From Phoronis australis (lineage: Eukaryota > Animalia > Phoronida): a DNA stretch of 64,000 bases. Positions 26,601 to 38,000 of the stretch are shown one piece after another. The notes beneath the pieces are model-generated. The model was not told where the DNA came from and did not search any database. It worked only from the letters and a program-made list of their open reading frames with translations. Every line of letters begins with the position of its first letter. Positions within the stretch are counted from its first letter, which is position 1. The DNA is taken from assembly GCA_002633005.1 (NCBI GenBank), contig NMRA01000114.1, positions 524,018 through 588,017 of the forward strand, given 5' to 3'. Made by a program: the position numbers and the translations under genes.

Positions 26601-29506
26601 NNNNNNNNNNNNNNNNNNNNNNNNNNNNNNNNNNNNNNNNNNNNNNNNNNNNNNNNNNNNNNNNNNNNNNNNNNNNNNNNNNNNNNNNNNNNNNNNNNNN
26701 NNNNNNNNNNNNNNNNNNNNNNNNNNNNNNNNNNNNNNNNNNNNNNNNNNNNNNNNNNNNNNNNNNNNNNNNNNNNNNNNNNNNNNNNNNNNNNNNNNNN
26801 NNNNNNNNNNNNNNNNNNNNNNNNNNNNNNNNNNNNNNNNNNNNNNNNNNNNNNNNNNNNNNNNNNNNNNNNNNNNNNNNNNNNNNNNNNNNNNNNNNNN
26901 NNNNNNNNNNNNNNNNNNNNNNNNNNNNNNNNNNNNNNNNNNNNNNNNNNNNNNNNNNNNNNNNNNNNGGGGCCCCGAGTCTTTCTATGCATTGGGGGCT
27001 CGTTAATTAAGAACCAGGCTAGAATCCAGGGATGTGGAGCACTCACCTCTTATTGACATTGATTTATTCTTCCTTAATTTGTTGAAAACATGATTAAACT
27101 TTTTGTTTGATAGCTTGATACAGTCACTTATAGTGTTGAAACAATCTCCTTTCTTCAGGTGTGCAGCTATGTAGAAAAACTCCGAGAGACAAAACTAACA
27201 AACAAATCAAAACACTAGCTATATTTCGAGACTGCATGTCTTGTCATCAGACAATAAGTAGAACGACGACTCTGTATTAAGCTTTCAAACAAAAAGATTA
27301 GTTGTGTTTTCAACGAAGTTTGTGTTAATGATGGGATGCTACTGAACTATACTGATTTCCTTAATTATAGGTGTGTGTCAAAATCTTATTTTTTTCAGTC
27401 AAAATTGAATGGATGAAATGAAATTCATGGAGGACCTTGTTCTCAATGTCATGGGACTTATTTTTGTAAAATTCTAAAAGCTAAGTTTTTATTCTTGTGA
27501 CCATGATGTTTGATGGCAATCCACTGAATGTTCACTTGTCTGATTACAGGGCTTCAAACGTGCTGCCATCTATAGGGCTATCATCCCCAAAATGGTTGCT
27601 GGCGTCGCCGTAACATACCTAATAGCGTACCACCTCCGCCACGCTCCGAACACATGGGAGACAAACTCTGGATGGAATATCACGATGACGAAGAAACCAG
27701 TATTCAGTCGAGTACGTAGTGGACTGTATGCAATATTTTCACTATTTCAGAACATGCACTGTTGTGAATGGGAGGCAGGGGGACTCACATGAATGGGGGG
27801 AGGGGACTCACATGAATGGGGCGAGGGGTAGTAGGGTGTAAGTATTGGCAGTTGTGTACTCATGTGAATCGTTTCCTTGCATGTGTTCATCCGTTTATAC
27901 CTTGGGTTTGTGAAATAAGCACCTTGGGAACTCACGACAACACTGCATGGAATTTAAACAAGCGTTCCAAATTGCAAACAATAGTTTCATAGTTTGATCA
28001 TTATAGAGAATGGGTGTACATTGATTAAAGATTTTTTTTCATTTCAAATGAGTTGGAACATTTGAGCAAAGGGAATAATTTTAAAACAGTCTATTGGTAC
28101 ATTTTTTTTTGTAATTTGGAAATTTGTTTTAATCTTTTTTCACTGTTGCAAACTTAACTGTGTTTGGTTAGGATATCTGTACGTTTTTTATTTACAGCGA
28201 TAATATGTTATTGTAACTGACCTTATCAATTGCTAGTTTCAACAAACGCCATTAAGCTGTGCCCACCATGATTACCTTTATGAAGTCTTACAAGTGTAAA
28301 GCAAATGTGGAAAAAAATCCCCTCTACACCTACTACAATAACAAATTCTTTTTGATGTCTTTGCAATCCCAGTGATATTTCAATGGTACTGTTACCAACA
28401 TGGCACTACACAGTCCACTTGCCTTTGAGCCCATTCATAGATAGCACTAACCCATTCATATCAACGGAGGTTCATTCAGTTGTTAGATCCGTTCAAAGTG
28501 TTTGTTCATCTGATCGTGAGGTATACTGCATGCTATTGTAACCCTCTATCAATTTTTCATGTTCGCCATCTGTAATAGTTCTAAAACCATTGGTCAAAAG
28601 GAAAACCCATCATTCTGTTTTTGCTGGCAACAAATGTTTGCGCGTCAAGTTGTAGGACGACTGAACTGGTTACATTTTTCCCTGTGCCCGATTTTTAAGG
28701 AATGCGACTAGCTCGACATGTTGGAACTATCCAGTGCCTTGAATTTTCAGTATTAAATAATCGTTTGATTTTTTAAAATATACTCTGCCATTATCGATTT
28801 CTGGTCTCACTTGAGTGATACACAACCACATTTTAAACTCTTTTTACATTTCACAAGTCTTATTTAAAGACGTAAAAAAATATTACGACATAAATGTTGA
28901 GTGACACTTCTCTCATTGTCATACGTTGATGATATTCTCCAGAGCATTCTTTTGCTTTTCTGCTATGGTAACTGTTTTATTTGTTATGTAATTTTAATGA
29001 AGTGAATGACTTAACACTATACCACTCACCAACATTCTCACATTGTCTTCTTTTTCTCCCCATTGCATAAATTAATTTCTTCTCTAGTGAAAACCAATTT
29101 TGTGATTTCATATCGCTACCAGAAAACGTGTTGCTAATGGGCGACTTTAAATTTACCAGGTGGCAAGCTTTTAGGTAGTTGCATAGGCCCACAAGCTCAT
29201 TAGCGCCACCTAGTGAATGTAGTCACAGTAGGCCCACAAGCTCATGAAGTACTTCGTGCTCTGTCTATTCAGGAGCTACTCATTAGCGCCACCAAGTGAA
29301 TATAAAGTCAGAGTTGGCCTGTTGTCTAGTGGAAATGTACCATATTCTAAAACATCAACAATGACATGAAAGTTAACATAGAAAGAAACCTGACGCTTAT
29401 TTGTTTTGTATTTCAGAGTCACCCTGACACACAAGAAATCACACAAAAAGAATCTTGGGAATTCTACGATAGAGGTTTTTCAAAACGCAAGGCACTTTTA
29501 GAATAG
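23613..29506 (+). CDS. NDUFB6: NADH:ubiquinone oxidoreductase subunit B6 (B17)
   Basis: Exons 23613-23930, 25152-25313 (copy at 27550-27711) and 29417-29506, all phase 0. PMTIEPFPHERQRLAGMTDADRALRKQWLADQVLSPNEP, a TM segment, W..SGW...KKPVF and C-terminal FYDRGFSKRK are typical of invertebrate NDUFB6. AATAAA at 29771. Confidence 0.92.
24147..24429. repeat. Two-copy tandem repeat, unit about 142 bp, NDUFB6 intron 1
   Basis: CGCACAAAATAGGGGACCTCATCTC..GGGGACATCT starts at 24147 and 24289. Confidence 0.85.
24571..28688. repeat. Tandem near-identical blocks 24571-26285 and 26969-28688 across an N gap
   Basis: Both contain NDUFB6 exon 2 encoding the same peptide; gap at 26286-26968. Confidence 0.85.
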
Positions 29507-30934
29507 TCACTATCCAACCAATATAGACTGTCAAATGGAAGTATTTATTGATGCCAATATTTCAGTGTTCACAGAGTTGAGGGATTGCTTGTCTAAACAG
29601 GCATTTACACTGGACTTGCGTGACATAAATCGTGACTATACGGTTCTACTGTGTATGAATTGGTGGACATCTGACTAGGAATGCCTGTAGCAGTTCTTGA
29701 TAAATGTGCGTTACGCCTGTACTAGTTTGTTAAAATGTGATGTGTTGATTAAGAGAATGACATTCTTCCAAATAAACAATGGTTTATTAAACATTTTAGT
29801 TACACTACGATTTCGATAATTGTGTGAATGTACAAAACAAGAATTTTATACATAACAACCCCAGTCGATTTATCTTGAGGGTTTCAAGCACTTCAAATTA
29901 CCACTGCATGGTGGAATATTGAAATGACTGCAAAAGGTCGAGGAATACCTGGACAAAAAGTAGTTTCATTTATAACCCACTGTCCTTGTCCAGTCCAGCA
30001 ACAGCCATCTACTCACAATTCAAAAATCAGTTTTGTTTTCTCTTCGTGGCTCTCTAAAAGTTTGCTCGAAAATGTCACGCCAGCGAATCCTCAATGATTT
30101 TAGGAAATGGCAGAGCATGCAGATTGGTAGATATCTCATTCTCTGACTTCTGACTTACTTCTGAAATTATTCCTTGCAACCACGGTAGAATTACATGCAC
30201 TAAATGAAATCAGGACTCGACAAACATCCAAGTCCTGATCTTTTCTACTGCGTGTAATTCCACCTTAGTTATAACCAAATATCATTGCAATACAGACCTA
30301 GAAGGTCCCTTGATGTCTAATGCCGCATCACTCAACACAAGACAATGTTTGCTAGATCAATGAATCACTTAATGCTAAAATTACACAGAGTCTACATTGT
30401 CCTTCACACATTTCATGCATAATACAGAACATTCTTGGATGATCCCTAATTATTCACGCTCGCAGCTGATCCACTGCTGTTCATTCCTCGTGTATTACAA
30501 AGCACAGCAAAAGTATCCAGACAAAATGACCCAGAATTCCCCACCACGACAGTATCACAGCCAGAGTAGTTTCCATGGTGACTGAGAATGAATGGGAGTT
30601 TATAAGGTGGCTAAGCCTTTCTGTAATTAGAATTTTGAATTCGCTGTAACGATAAAGTAATGGTGCTTTGACTGATGTCTTGCACTGTGTGTGCTGTAAA
30701 AACAGGAAAATTAGACAAGGGGCACACCTACAGAGATCGTGCTAGTGTGAGATGACTTGTTTAATGCAAGGTCTTGGGTTACGCAAGTAGGTTTACACAA
30801 CACACGCACGCAGAAAATGGTCACCACTGCTACACTGCATGGTTGAATTGTTGAACAAAACTTAAACACCAGGACCAATTAATATTTCTAAAGTACATTG
30901 GATTTGGCAACTGTCACTTACACAGGTCCCAAAC

Positions 30935-31399
30935 TTTGAGAACCTGTGGTGCATGTTATTCAGTGCAGAAAACTGGTTCTCAAAATACGGGACTCCTGTA
31001 AGTGAATGTTTCATTACAAGCAGCAAAAAGGCAAAGGCCAGATGTCTGGAAAGTGTCGAGGGGACAGCAATAGCAGCGAACCAGTCATCAGTTGTGTGGA
31101 AGGCAGCAAGGGGATGCCAATACCAGTGGATCACTCATCAGTTGTGTGGAAGGTGGTGAGGGAACGCCAATGCCAGTTGACCACTCATCAGTTGCTACTC
31201 AGCCATCCTCTACACAAAACATTCACGGTCTGCAGAAATGTATATGTTGAGATTTCTCACTATGTCTCCTGACTGATTACTTCACACAACCCCGAGTTAA
31301 AGAACTAACTGTGTATTACTACTTTTCAGATATAAAGTACCCGCATTTTGAGAACCAGTTTTCTCCACTGAATAACATGCATCAAACTGGTTCTCAAAA
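30935..31399. mobile_element. MITE-like element with about 57-bp inverted arms and internal tandem repeats
   Basis: 30935-30991 is the reverse complement of about 31340-31399; TCATCAGTTG(TGTGGAAGG) units repeat at about 50-bp spacing between them. Confidence 0.65.
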
Positions 31400-31927
31400 T
31401 GCAGGCACATTATATCCGACTGACATATGCAACAACAACATAAACTTGCAGTTCAATTGTGAATGAAGAACTGTCTCCCCATCCAGGCCCAGAATAAGAA
31501 GAAGATTACCACAGGCAGTGTGACGATACACAGCATCAAATAATACAAAAACATATTCTAAACTTCTAAGGACTGGTCTCCAATGACAATCTTAGTCTCA
31601 GCAGAGTCCCAATGCCAATTGGCAATACTCTTTGAGCAGCCAAACAAAACTATACAAGAGGCTACACAATACACTGTACAGGCACCAATACTTATGATGA
31701 TCCTCAACTCAGAAGATTTTTCTTTAACTTTCCACAAGACAAAATGTTTCGTTTGCCTAATTAACCAAAACGTTTTACTGCAAGACCAAAACAATAGGAC
31801 TTGGCAAAATTAACCAACACAGTGTTAATTTTCAAGAAACACCACTCAATAGAAGAAGTCCAGCTTGTCACGGTTACCACAAAATACTGATATCGTAAAC
31901 GGAATGTCACGATTCATACACCCAATA

Positions 31928-32335
31928 CTACTCTCCACTCTCCATTGTCTCTTCGGTGTCGGGAGATGGTAAACACGTGGCCACAATATTCAACAGTTCG
32001 TCAATCTGCTCTTCTGTCAATCGTTCTTCACTCTCTTCCACCAGCAACTGAATCTCCACCGCTGTCGTCGGTTTTTGATTCAGAATCTGTAACTTCTCCG
32101 CTTTGGTCAACTTGAACGGTTCCAAACTTTTCATCAGTTTCCGCACCTGGTCGCTATCCTGGTACTTGCACGCCGTGTTCTCCAGGTACTTGGTTGTCTC
32201 GTACGAGATGGTCGCTAGATTCTGTTGCTTCTTTGTCGGCTTCTTCAACCCTTTCTGTCCACTCTGTAAGTCCTTGAGGAGGGTCAATACCTCATAGTTG
32301 CTGAGCATAGCAGCATGATCGTTCACGACTTCCAT
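31928..32335 (-). CDS. CRCP: DNA-directed RNA polymerase III subunit RPC9 / CGRP-receptor component protein, intronless CDS
   Basis: MEVVNDHAAMLSNYEVLTLL..QQNLATISYETTKYL..LTKAEKLQILNQKPTTAVEIQLLVEESEERLTEEQIDELL (Rpb4/RPC9 family), 135 aa. A 3' splice site (AATTTCAG) lies 16 nt upstream of the ATG. Confidence 0.95.
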   Translation of the reverse strand: MEVVNDHAAMLSNYEVLTLLKDLQSGQKGLKKPTKKQQNLATISYETTKYLENTACKYQDSDQVRKLMKSLEPFKLTKAEKLQILNQKPTTAVEIQLLVEESEERLTEEQIDELLNIVATCLPSPDTEETMESGE

Positions 32336-33086
32336 GTAGAATAAGACTCGACTGAAATTAAACACAAAACGTTACAAACAGGGTTCATACACGTTAGTTA
32401 AAACAGCAATGCTATAAACACATCTTCCATCACAAAAACAACAGTTCTTTTACACCACTTGGCGTAATTTGAAGGCAACGTCAGGGCTTCAAAAGATGTG
32501 GCCTCTACAACTTGGCTTCACACGTCACGCCATTTTATGAGCTGCACATAGTCTTAAGGAATAACAAACTGTTAGTTCTATGCAACCTAGAAATCACTTC
32601 ACATGTGAAGAGTAAGGAACAAGTTGAGATCAACTTCATTATGATAAATGGCCTAAATCACAAGTTTGCTTCTTGGACAGAAAGTGGGTCAACAACCGGT
32701 TTAATGAAAATGTTAGTCTATTATATTATCTTGGTTTGTGGAGGGTGCAAAGTTCGGAGTACATGACCGCCCATAATGCATTCAGAATTACAATTAGTCA
32801 CACTGTTAACATGTTACAAGACGTATGTTCAGATATGGAAAGCCTAACTCATATCTCTGATGTGTGATCTCATCTTATTCATACAGCAGTCTACATATGC
32901 AAGTTGTTTTTTAAAATAACCGACTATTTAAAAAATTACAGTACAGTCAAAACTCGGAACTCACAGTAAATCACCTGAAAATCAGCCACACCATCTTGCT
33001 TCATACTCTCCATCAAATTTTTAAAACTTACCGGTATTTGTACTAGGCTACAAAACTCACATACTAACCGTAATACCCTTGTCCAG

Positions 33087-34862
33087 TCAAGTAGTACTAT
33101 TTGCCAGCGTGGAAACTTGCTCTTTACGCAGTTTCTCGAGATATCGCTTGGCGTGATCCTGTCCCCCTATGATGGTGTAGACCCACGCTAAGATGACAAC
33201 AGCTAGCAATAACTGAAATATCAAATGACAACGTGTATTGTTCTTACTGATTTCGGATGCAGCACTAAATACATGTCATCCCCGCTTATCCATCAAGTTT
33301 GGAGAGTAGAGGAGGCCCAGAGTCCTCCAGGCTCCAAATCTGTCAGTTCTGAATCCTTTAAAAGACAGTACGGACCTTTCATGCCAAGAATTTTACGATG
33401 ACATTCGGCTTACCTCAAAATCCAACTGCTGTCTTGTAGTTTGGTAATTGGCTCAATTATGTTGCATACTCAGCAGAATTAACAGGGAACATATTGCAAC
33501 ACTGAACAAATATTTTACGTAGTAAAAGTCACACTTCTTGTGTAATTTTCAAAATTCAAAAACCTAATCACGTGTGGTTTTCATGAACTATTCAAATATG
33601 CTATTTACAAACTTTTAAAACGAAAATGTAAAAATACCACTGTCGCCTCTACTGTGTTTACAATGGTGTCGTTACCAAGACAGAACAACAACATCAGCAG
33701 CATAAAGCAATTTAATTAACCACAAAAACACGTTTTGACCTGTACCAGTAAATTCTGTGGTGCGCAAACCTATCGAGTTGCCACATCTCGACCAGTTAGG
33801 GTGTCAATTTAGGATTCTTTTCATATGATTAAGGTCGCTTATCACTTACTCGCGTGAAAGGTTGATTTCAGCGTCTGCAAAGCACAGACAGCTCGTTATT
33901 CCTCGAGACCATGGTCAGCAAACAAAATGCCACGCCGTGACTAGCGATCTTTTAGAGCCTTGATCTCAAGCAATAAGGATCTGGCAGCTCTTTCCAAATC
34001 CAGAAATCACCTCTCAGTGACTAAGGGATAATTTGTTTTTTGTCAGTTTAAAGCCGGTTTAAGGCATTTCTTGGGTTCCAAGCCGCTTCAGTTTATACAT
34101 GTGGCTATAAAAAAGACACAAACAAGGCTCTCGTGAGTTGCACTCCTGTGTTTCGTGCCATGGGTCTGACTGTGTGGCCTGTGCACATCTAATGCATTGC
34201 AGAAGGCAGCAGACTACGCTTCAATATTTTTTAATTTTTTTTTAATTTAATATGTGTTGCAGAATGACTATTCTTGTCAAATGCAAACAGAATATGTATC
34301 TTTCACATTATAAATAGGAAATTGTTTAATTTCACTATTCAACAATAGGTGTCGTTTTTGTAATTTAACATGCGCTGCAGAATGACCATTCTTGTCAACT
34401 GCAAAGAACAGAATATGCATGTTTCACATTATAAATAGGACATTGTTTAATTTCAATATTCAACAATAGGTGTCCTTGTTGACCACATTGTGAAGGAGAA
34501 ACATCACATGGATAAACTATAAAGGTCACCATCTTAATAAATGGGTTTTCAGTGCCAACATGACACCATGTAATTGGTAAATTATCTATCAATCATAATA
34601 TTAAAAGTGAAGTGGCCAATTAGGCAGCTACAAACTTAACTTTAAAAAAAAACTGTTTGGTTAAAACTGCAATTGGCTAAAGGCTAAAAACATTCTATAA
34701 TTTGGCACAAAACAAATTAAGTTTTATTTTTAACGACTGATGGACGGCTGATGGACGGTGTACTCAGAGAATAGGATAGTTGTTTGAACAAGTTACCTGT
34801 TTGGCTGGGAGTATGAAGTTTGCATACAAAAGAAGCCATTTATACCCACTGATAAGGCGCAT
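33087..34862 (-). CDS. Candidate spliced 63-aa single-pass membrane microprotein upstream of CRCP
   Basis: 34797-34862 (ATG..CAG|GTAACT) joins 33087-33212 (TATTTCAG|TTA..TGA) in phase 0: MRLISGYKWLLLYANFILPAKQ|LLLAVVILAWVYTIIGGQDHAKRYLEKLRKEQVSTLANSTT*. Confidence 0.45.
33378..33825. repeat. Dispersed repeat, related copy at about 53212-53865
   Basis: Shared CATGCCAAGAATT, AAAATCCAACTGCT, GTAAAAGTCACA..CAAAATTCAAAAACCTA and CGAGTTGCC..GGTGTCAA in the same order. Confidence 0.7.
34258..34478. repeat. Two-copy tandem repeat, unit about 118 bp
   Basis: TGCAGAATGAC.ATTCTTGTCAA..CACATTATAAATAGGA..TATTCAACAATAGGTGTC occurs twice. Confidence 0.8.
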
Positions 34863-35059
34863 CGTATTTATGCGTGTCCATAGTGTACGATTGTCCAGAT
34901 AGGATGCTTTCTAGTGCCTTCTGGGTTCCCAATTATTGCACCTATATTTTTCGTAACAGCATAAAAATAATCCGTTGTTTTTGATTGTGATTCTTGAATT
35001 TGGGACAGTCAATTTTGCCCGTTTTTAAACCTTCAGCAATCTAATTAATTTTACTATAG

Positions 35060-38000
35060 TCCCACACTGGAGATTGTTAAACCAAAATTTTTTATTCAAA
35101 TGTTTTAGTCGGTTTAGGCCCATAATTATTTACAATCTCATCGTCCCAATCTTCAACACAAGTTGTCACGCATTAACCCAAAACTCCAACAAAGCAAGGT
35201 AAATCTCACTAATTTCGGATAAAAAATAACTTCCAAAATTCATCTTAGTTACGAATGCCCACAATTTATAAATAGCACAATCTCAGGGTAGTTGTGAAAT
35301 AGAACTTAAGAATGACAAACAATTTCTTTAGTTATACTAATATTTTTTACAAAAAATGAAACAATAAAATTTCCCTTTGTGTCCCAAGTTGGCAAATTTT
35401 TCCGGAGGAATATAAAACAACTTGAGGCAGCATAAGTGAGACACCATTGATATAACTGAAGATCAACACAATTGACCTGGTTGCACTATGAACATACACA
35501 GCTGCCACGGGGATGATATTAACCTCGAGGACATGCATCACTATGAACAACTCATAAGACAAAAGTAAAAAATACGCAGTAGTCAGTTAATCTGAGGCTG
35601 TATTACTGCTAGCGACTGGTCCAAGTTGCCTTATTCCAGCATTTCATAAGACGCAATGCAAAACATTTGACGGAAAGATTTGTCAACATCACGTCACGAT
35701 TTCCTCAAACAGTATTTTGACATTTAAACCAGAAACCAATTTGTGAAAACCTTAACAATTTTACTTTGCTGACCTAGAAAAAATAATCGGTCAAATGGCA
35801 AAACAAGTCACATGACCACTGAACCTGGCATTATCACAAAAAAAGTTCATTGGAAAATGAAATGGTGTTCAATTTTGTATAAGTTGGTACTCATTTTTAT
35901 GTGCCCACATATTTATATGTGGACGCATTATGCTGTCATCTCCGTCTGTCTGTCCGTGTGGCGTCTGCTGCTCTATCTCCAAAGCCCTTTGACGTAAGTT
36001 CATGAAAGTTTGCATATGTACCTTGCATAGATGGGACGGCATGAGCGAACTTTCAGACGGATCCGACTACTGATGTGCCCCCTAGTGGCAATTTTAGTTT
36101 TTTACGCTTACCTCTGTATCTTCAAAGGTCCTCCACGTATTTTCACAAAATTTGGCATATAGGCATCTATTAGTGAGGTGACGCTATCCTCCTGTTTTTG
36201 GATGGAATTGAGGTATTTTGTGCCACCTAATGGCCAGTTTTTTCTGTTTTAGAGTCCATCCTCTGTCAACCAAACCATTCTAAGAATGATTTTGAAAATT
36301 GGCGTACATGTTCTCAGTGTGAAGGGGACGATTGACGATGACGACTTTGACTGTTGTGGCGCCTCCTAGTGGCAGTTTTGTTTTGAACCCATAGTTCTAT
36401 CTCCTAAACCCATTGCAGTATCTTTATTAAACTTAGTAAGTGTTTATATGAAGCTAACAACAGACGACAACGACTTTCAGGTAGATGCAATGTGCCTCCT
36501 GGTGGCAATTTCATTTTTTCCATTTTCATTTGTTTCTCTGAAGTTTCTTGACAGATTTTTATGAATTTAGTAAATAGCCTATTAAAAAAGCAATGACATG
36601 TTCCTGTTTTTGGATGGATTGGACGTTTTTGCACCATCAAGTGGCCATTTTATGATACAAATAAGCAACCTAATAGCACCCCGTTTGCAGTGCATTCGTG
36701 GGCGCATTTCAACACTCAGCGTTGCTCTTGTTTGCATTTGTGATATAATGATTGGTCAAACTTGCCAGCTGCGACAGTGTTTTTGCATTATTATGGAGCA
36801 AACATTCGAAGCTTTATAAACATGGAGGCAACGTTCAAACCCCTGCTACACCCTCCTCCGAGGAGGTTGGGAATAGGATTGGATGCAAAAAATAATAGAC
36901 ACAGTTCAATGACCGAAACGTCAGAAAATCCATATTGAACGATCTGAGAGCTTATACAGCACTAGGCACCTTACACTCATTACCATTAAACAATAAATAA
37001 ATTAACAAAATTGCGAATTTCCTATATTTTAAAGGTTTACTACCTTCCTGCCCTAATAACAAATTTACCAAACATTGTCGGAAATGAGTCCCTTTTTTAC
37101 AACTAACCTGCGCCGCATCATCCAGACTTGCTAACTAGAGCACTGATGCATCATAGATTACCGGTAGGGTAGAAACTTCGACTCGAGCTCGTCTCGCCCT
37201 GTGCCGAAGGTCACAACATGTGATGAAGCTGTGAATCTTTTATTGGGTAGTATGCACGCACAATACAAATACTGCTTCATAAAGAGCACACCAAAAGAGT
37301 AGTAATATCCCAGAACACATATCTGCCATCTTTTTCGTAACAAAATTAATTTCACAACAAATTCATCCAAACCTGTTGCTTTGTTGTGAATTTTTGGGGT
37401 TTTGTTAGTCCATGTGGTAGAGATCATACTTAAGGTCTGATTGACATGAAATTAACGAAGGATACATAACCCATCATAATAACACAGTACAGTACAGTAC
37501 AAAGACAGGAATCCCCATTGCTTTTTTGTCACGATTATACCCAAGATGGCAGATGNNNNNNNNNNNNNNNNNNNNNNNNNNNNNNNNNNNNNNNNNNNNN
37601 NNNNNNNNNNNNNNNNNNNNNNNNNNNNNNNNNNNNNNNNNNNNNNNNNNNNNNNNNNNNNNNNNNNNNNNNNNNNNNNNNNNNNNNNNNNNNNNNNNNN
37701 NNNNNNNNNNNNNNNNNNNNNNNNNNNNNNNNNNNNNNNNNNNNNNNNNNNNNNNNNNNNNNNNNNNNNNNNNNNNNNNNNNNNNNNNNNNNNNNNNNNN
37801 NNNNNNNNNNNNNNNNNNNNNNNNNNNNNNNNNNNNNNNNNNNNNNNNNNNNNNNNNNNNNNNNNNNNNNNNNNNNNNCATTCCCACACTGGAGATTGTT
37901 AAACCAAATTTTTTTATTCAAATGTTTTAGTCGGTTTAGGCGCATAATTATTAACAATCTCATCGTCCCAATCTTCAACACAAGTTGTCACGCATCAACC

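Noticed and set aside
26156-27046. Long ORFs in all frames (also 3424-3868 and 37452-38024)
   Set aside because: They only span runs of N.
31080-31200. CRISPR-like repeat-spacer pattern (TCATCAGTTG units)
   Set aside because: Eukaryotic context, spacers resemble each other, no cas genes; degenerate tandem repeat inside a MITE.
32991-33003. 13-nt complement to the putative snoRNA guide at about 16529-16541
   Set aside because: The local transcript is minus strand, so it would carry the guide sequence itself rather than its target; likely chance or a shared CAAGATGG motif.
34870-34941. Frame GAIIGNPEGTRKHPIWTIVHYGHA* as the last exon of another protein
   Set aside because: Weak acceptor and no upstream in-frame exon found.
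36905-36923. Hammerhead 3' half GACCGAAACGTC
   Set aside because: No CTGANGA at a suitable distance, and the other haplotype reads GAAACTTC.
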